From positions 1 through 56,750 of the forward strand of contig JBGTMW010000341.1 of NCBI GenBank assembly GCA_041743365.1: a stretch of 56,750 nt of DNA. Direction: 5' to 3'. A program made the position numbers and the translations under genes. This DNA comes from Gemmatimonadaceae bacterium. Its GTDB lineage: Bacteria; Gemmatimonadota; Gemmatimonadetes; Gemmatimonadales; Gemmatimonadaceae. Below the pieces are notes generated by a model. That model saw only the letters and a program-made list of their open reading frames with translations, did not search any database and was not told the DNA's origin. Every line of letters starts with the position of its first letter. The first letter of the stretch is position 1. This document shows, in pieces, positions 54,590 through 56,750 of this stretch.

Positions 54590-55405
54590 ATGAGGCAGCT
54601 GGTTCGACTCTCGATGCTGCTCACTTCACTGGCGGCATGCGTGCCTGGTCCACAGACCGATGAAGAACGGACGGCGGCCGCTGCGCGCGCCGACTCGTCA
54701 GCCGCCGGCTATGATGTCGGCCCCTCCTCGGGAACGCAGGCATCGAGTGTCCCGACTCGAGGGATCGGTCAGCCAGGCGTCGATACGAGTCGTGCTCCGG
54801 GACGCAGGACCGACAGCTCCGGCGTGGCCAGGCCGCCGCGACCCACGGAAGTCGTCATCCCCGAGCCGGTCGTGACAGTGCCTCGTACGGCATCCCAGCC
54901 GGGACGTCGTCCGCCAGTCACCCCGATCGACACCTCCGGAGATGGACCGTTACCCCTGCCACCACTCGAGTCGGCACTCGAGTCACGGTTCCTCGTCTAT
55001 GACACGCTGAAGAGGACAGCATCGTTTCAGCTGGCTGCCGAAGATGAGCTGACTGGCCCCCTGAACTTCAACGGCGTCAGGCGCGGCGGGAGGACGCTTA
55101 CAGTTCCTCTTGGATGGCGGCTCTCGATCGAGTTCGCCAACCGGGATGACAAGCTTCCACATTCGCTGGTCATTGTCGAAAGCAGCTTCCCGGTGCCGGA
55201 CCCCCTTCCGGAGCCTGCGTTTCCACGTGCGCAGACCATCAAGGTCGAACAGGGACTGCTCGAAGGGGAGACGGATGAGTTGATCTTCGTCGCCGATCGG
55301 GATGGACAATACCTGATGGCCTGCGGCGTGGTGGGGCACGCGCAGGGCGGGCAGTGGCTCACGCTCATGGTGTCGGCCAGTGCGACGGTGCCGACATATC
55401 GGTGA
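54590..55405 (+). CDS. lipoprotein with C-terminal sulfocyanin-like cupredoxin domain
   Basis: Lipobox LLTSLAAC is followed by a Pro/Ser-rich linker. Candidate type-1 Cu ligands are H in LPHSLVI and C..H in ACGVVGHAQGGQW. The motif compares with C.IPGHA..GMW in sulfocyanins. Confidence 0.55.
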   Translation: MRQLVRLSMLLTSLAACVPGPQTDEERTAAAARADSSAAGYDVGPSSGTQASSVPTRGIGQPGVDTSRAPGRRTDSSGVARPPRPTEVVIPEPVVTVPRTASQPGRRPPVTPIDTSGDGPLPLPPLESALESRFLVYDTLKRTASFQLAAEDELTGPLNFNGVRRGGRTLTVPLGWRLSIEFANRDDKLPHSLVIVESSFPVPDPLPEPAFPRAQTIKVEQGLLEGETDELIFVADRDGQYLMACGVVGHAQGGQWLTLMVSASATVPTYR

Positions 55406-55570
55406 ATTCCCGGCATGGTTGTAAGGGATCAAAAAGCTACTAATAGTCTCACTTGCAAATCTGTCCCTTTCCAGCCATCGATTCAGTGCGTTAGTCGCTG
55501 TGTGATACTATCACCGATGCTCCCGGAGCAGTCTTCTCGAAGCGCGGCATCGGCGAAGAGCGCCAGCGGG

Positions 55571-56410
55571 CTATCCAGGATCATCCACGGCGCCGAGAGC
55601 CTTCCGGATCCACTGCCAGTAGTGATCGCCTCCGAGATCGATCAGGTCGTTGTGTCCGGCTGAATCGATCAGCAGGAGTTCTCCCCTTTTCTTCGCCGCG
55701 GCGAAGACTCGCTTCCCCATCTCGACGGGTATGACGGCGTCGCGGGATCCATGGGCCACCCAAACGGGTGCATCGAGCGAACGGACCAGGCCCTCCGTAT
55801 CGTAGTGAACGCGAGCAAGCCTGGTGCGGAAAAGCATTACCGCGTTGGCAGAGATCCGGCCGGCCATGTCGCGAGCGGATGACATTGGTGATACGAGGAG
55901 AAGCACTTCGGGTGAGACGTCGCGAGCCAGCTCGGCAGCGATCGCGCTGCCGAGCGAGTGCCCATACAGGGCGATCCGATCGGGTGAGACACGGAGGCTG
56001 TCGCGAGTCAGAGCATGGACGGCACGTGCATCGATGGCGCCGCCCGCGTAGGTCGGTGTGCCGGGAAGGCCTCCATATCCTCGATACTCCGCCAGAATTA
56101 CTGCTCGGCCGGTGCGTCGAGCGAGCTCGTTGGCCCAGGGGATTTGCCAGCCTGCAAGGTCGGCGTTTCCATGGAAGACAATGATGATCCCCGTGCTGTC
56201 CGGTTCACCGACGAGGTAGGCGAAGAGTGGCTGGCCATCCTCGGCCACGAAGTCGATGCGGCGTGCACCGGCGGCACCGGGGTGCGGCGGACCCGGGGGC
56301 TGAAATACCACTCGCTCCTGATAGTGCCACAACGTCGCACCGAGAACGAGGAAGATGGCAAGCCCCACGGCTGCCACTACAAGAAACGTCATCAGCACGG
56401 AACGAATCAC
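55571..56410 (-). CDS. alpha/beta hydrolase (serine hydrolase)
   Basis: N-terminal TM helix and the nucleophile elbow GHSLGS. Candidate catalytic Asp and His lie in the C-terminal GSRDAVIP and GHND motifs. Confidence 0.8.
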   Translation of the reverse strand: MIRSVLMTFLVVAAVGLAIFLVLGATLWHYQERVVFQPPGPPHPGAAGARRIDFVAEDGQPLFAYLVGEPDSTGIIIVFHGNADLAGWQIPWANELARRTGRAVILAEYRGYGGLPGTPTYAGGAIDARAVHALTRDSLRVSPDRIALYGHSLGSAIAAELARDVSPEVLLLVSPMSSARDMAGRISANAVMLFRTRLARVHYDTEGLVRSLDAPVWVAHGSRDAVIPVEMGKRVFAAAKKRGELLLIDSAGHNDLIDLGGDHYWQWIRKALGAVDDPG

Positions 56411-56532
56411 CCTCTAGCTCCATGATCGATGGTCGAGTCGGCCCGGCATCCATGTAGATCGGCAGCCAGGTCAGGAACCGCGGAGGGATAGGGGTTCTCC
56501 CTTTCCCCCTCTCCCCGGTGCAATTTACGACG

Positions 56533-56750
56533 ATGCGTATTCCCATTGAGACCTACAGACTGCCGAACGGGTTGCTCGTGAGCCTGTCGGAGGATCACAC
56601 GGCGCCGCTCGTGGCCGTCAACCTCTGGTATCACGTCGGATCGGCAAATGAGCGGACAGGTCGAACGGGGTTCGCCCATCTCTTCGAGCACATGCTATTC
56701 CAGGGGTCGGCGCACGTTCAGGCGAATGAACACTTCGAACTGATTCAGCG
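56533..56750 (+). CDS. M16 family zinc peptidase, N-terminal part (3' end lies outside the window)
   Basis: It is absent from the ORF track because no stop is reached. Translation gives MRIPIETYRLPNGLLVSLSEDHTAPLVAVNLWYHVGSANERTGRTGFAHLFEHMLFQG, which contains HxxEH. Confidence 0.8.
   Translation, partial: MRIPIETYRLPNGLLVSLSEDHTAPLVAVNLWYHVGSANERTGRTGFAHLFEHMLFQGSAHVQANEHFELIQ

Overview
This is a GC-rich bacterial chromosomal window that covers the replication-origin neighbourhood. Gene content (GWxTD protein, bactofilin, gene order) suggests a Gemmatimonadota-like or similar lineage, but that is inference only. From left to right it holds: mnmG, a 547-bp gap with no rsmG and one perfect parS, then parA-parB fused to an M23 peptidase plus bactofilin pair. 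Next comes a BMP-type ABC transporter operon (binding protein, embedded Nif3, ATPase ... permease, permease). That operon is split by a 7.4-kb opposite-strand operon encoding a complete trans-4-hydroxy-L-proline to 2-oxoglutarate pathway plus an MFS transporter. After it come polA with a tightly coupled small ORF, cspA, and a GWxTD lipoprotein coupled to a polyprenol-kinase-like protein. A signalling patch follows (Ser/Thr kinase, histidine kinase, degenerate kinase, MCP, AraC-type regulator) with pyrE inside it. The origin core is RNase P RNA, dnaN, dnaA and the divergent rpmH-rnpA-yidD-yidC-(MBL)-mnmE. The right end holds a divergent DUF2268-like/DUF2225-like pair, upp, DUF4177-like plus a beta-CASP nuclease, TetR, YdcF, M16 peptidases, a sulfocyanin-like cupredoxin and an alpha/beta hydrolase. 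By eye I found no CRISPR array, transposase or integrase, prophage genes, rRNA, tRNA or recognisable defence system. No single clearly novel system stands out. The best candidates for under-described biology are the parAB-M23-bactofilin block, the split ABC operon, the unassigned 320-nt spacer between dnaN and rnpB, the rsmG-less gap, the DUF2268/DUF2225 pair and the GWxTD/polyprenol-kinase couple. All family assignments come from motif recognition in the supplied translations, because no searches could be run. Many gene starts were moved inward from the longest ORF.
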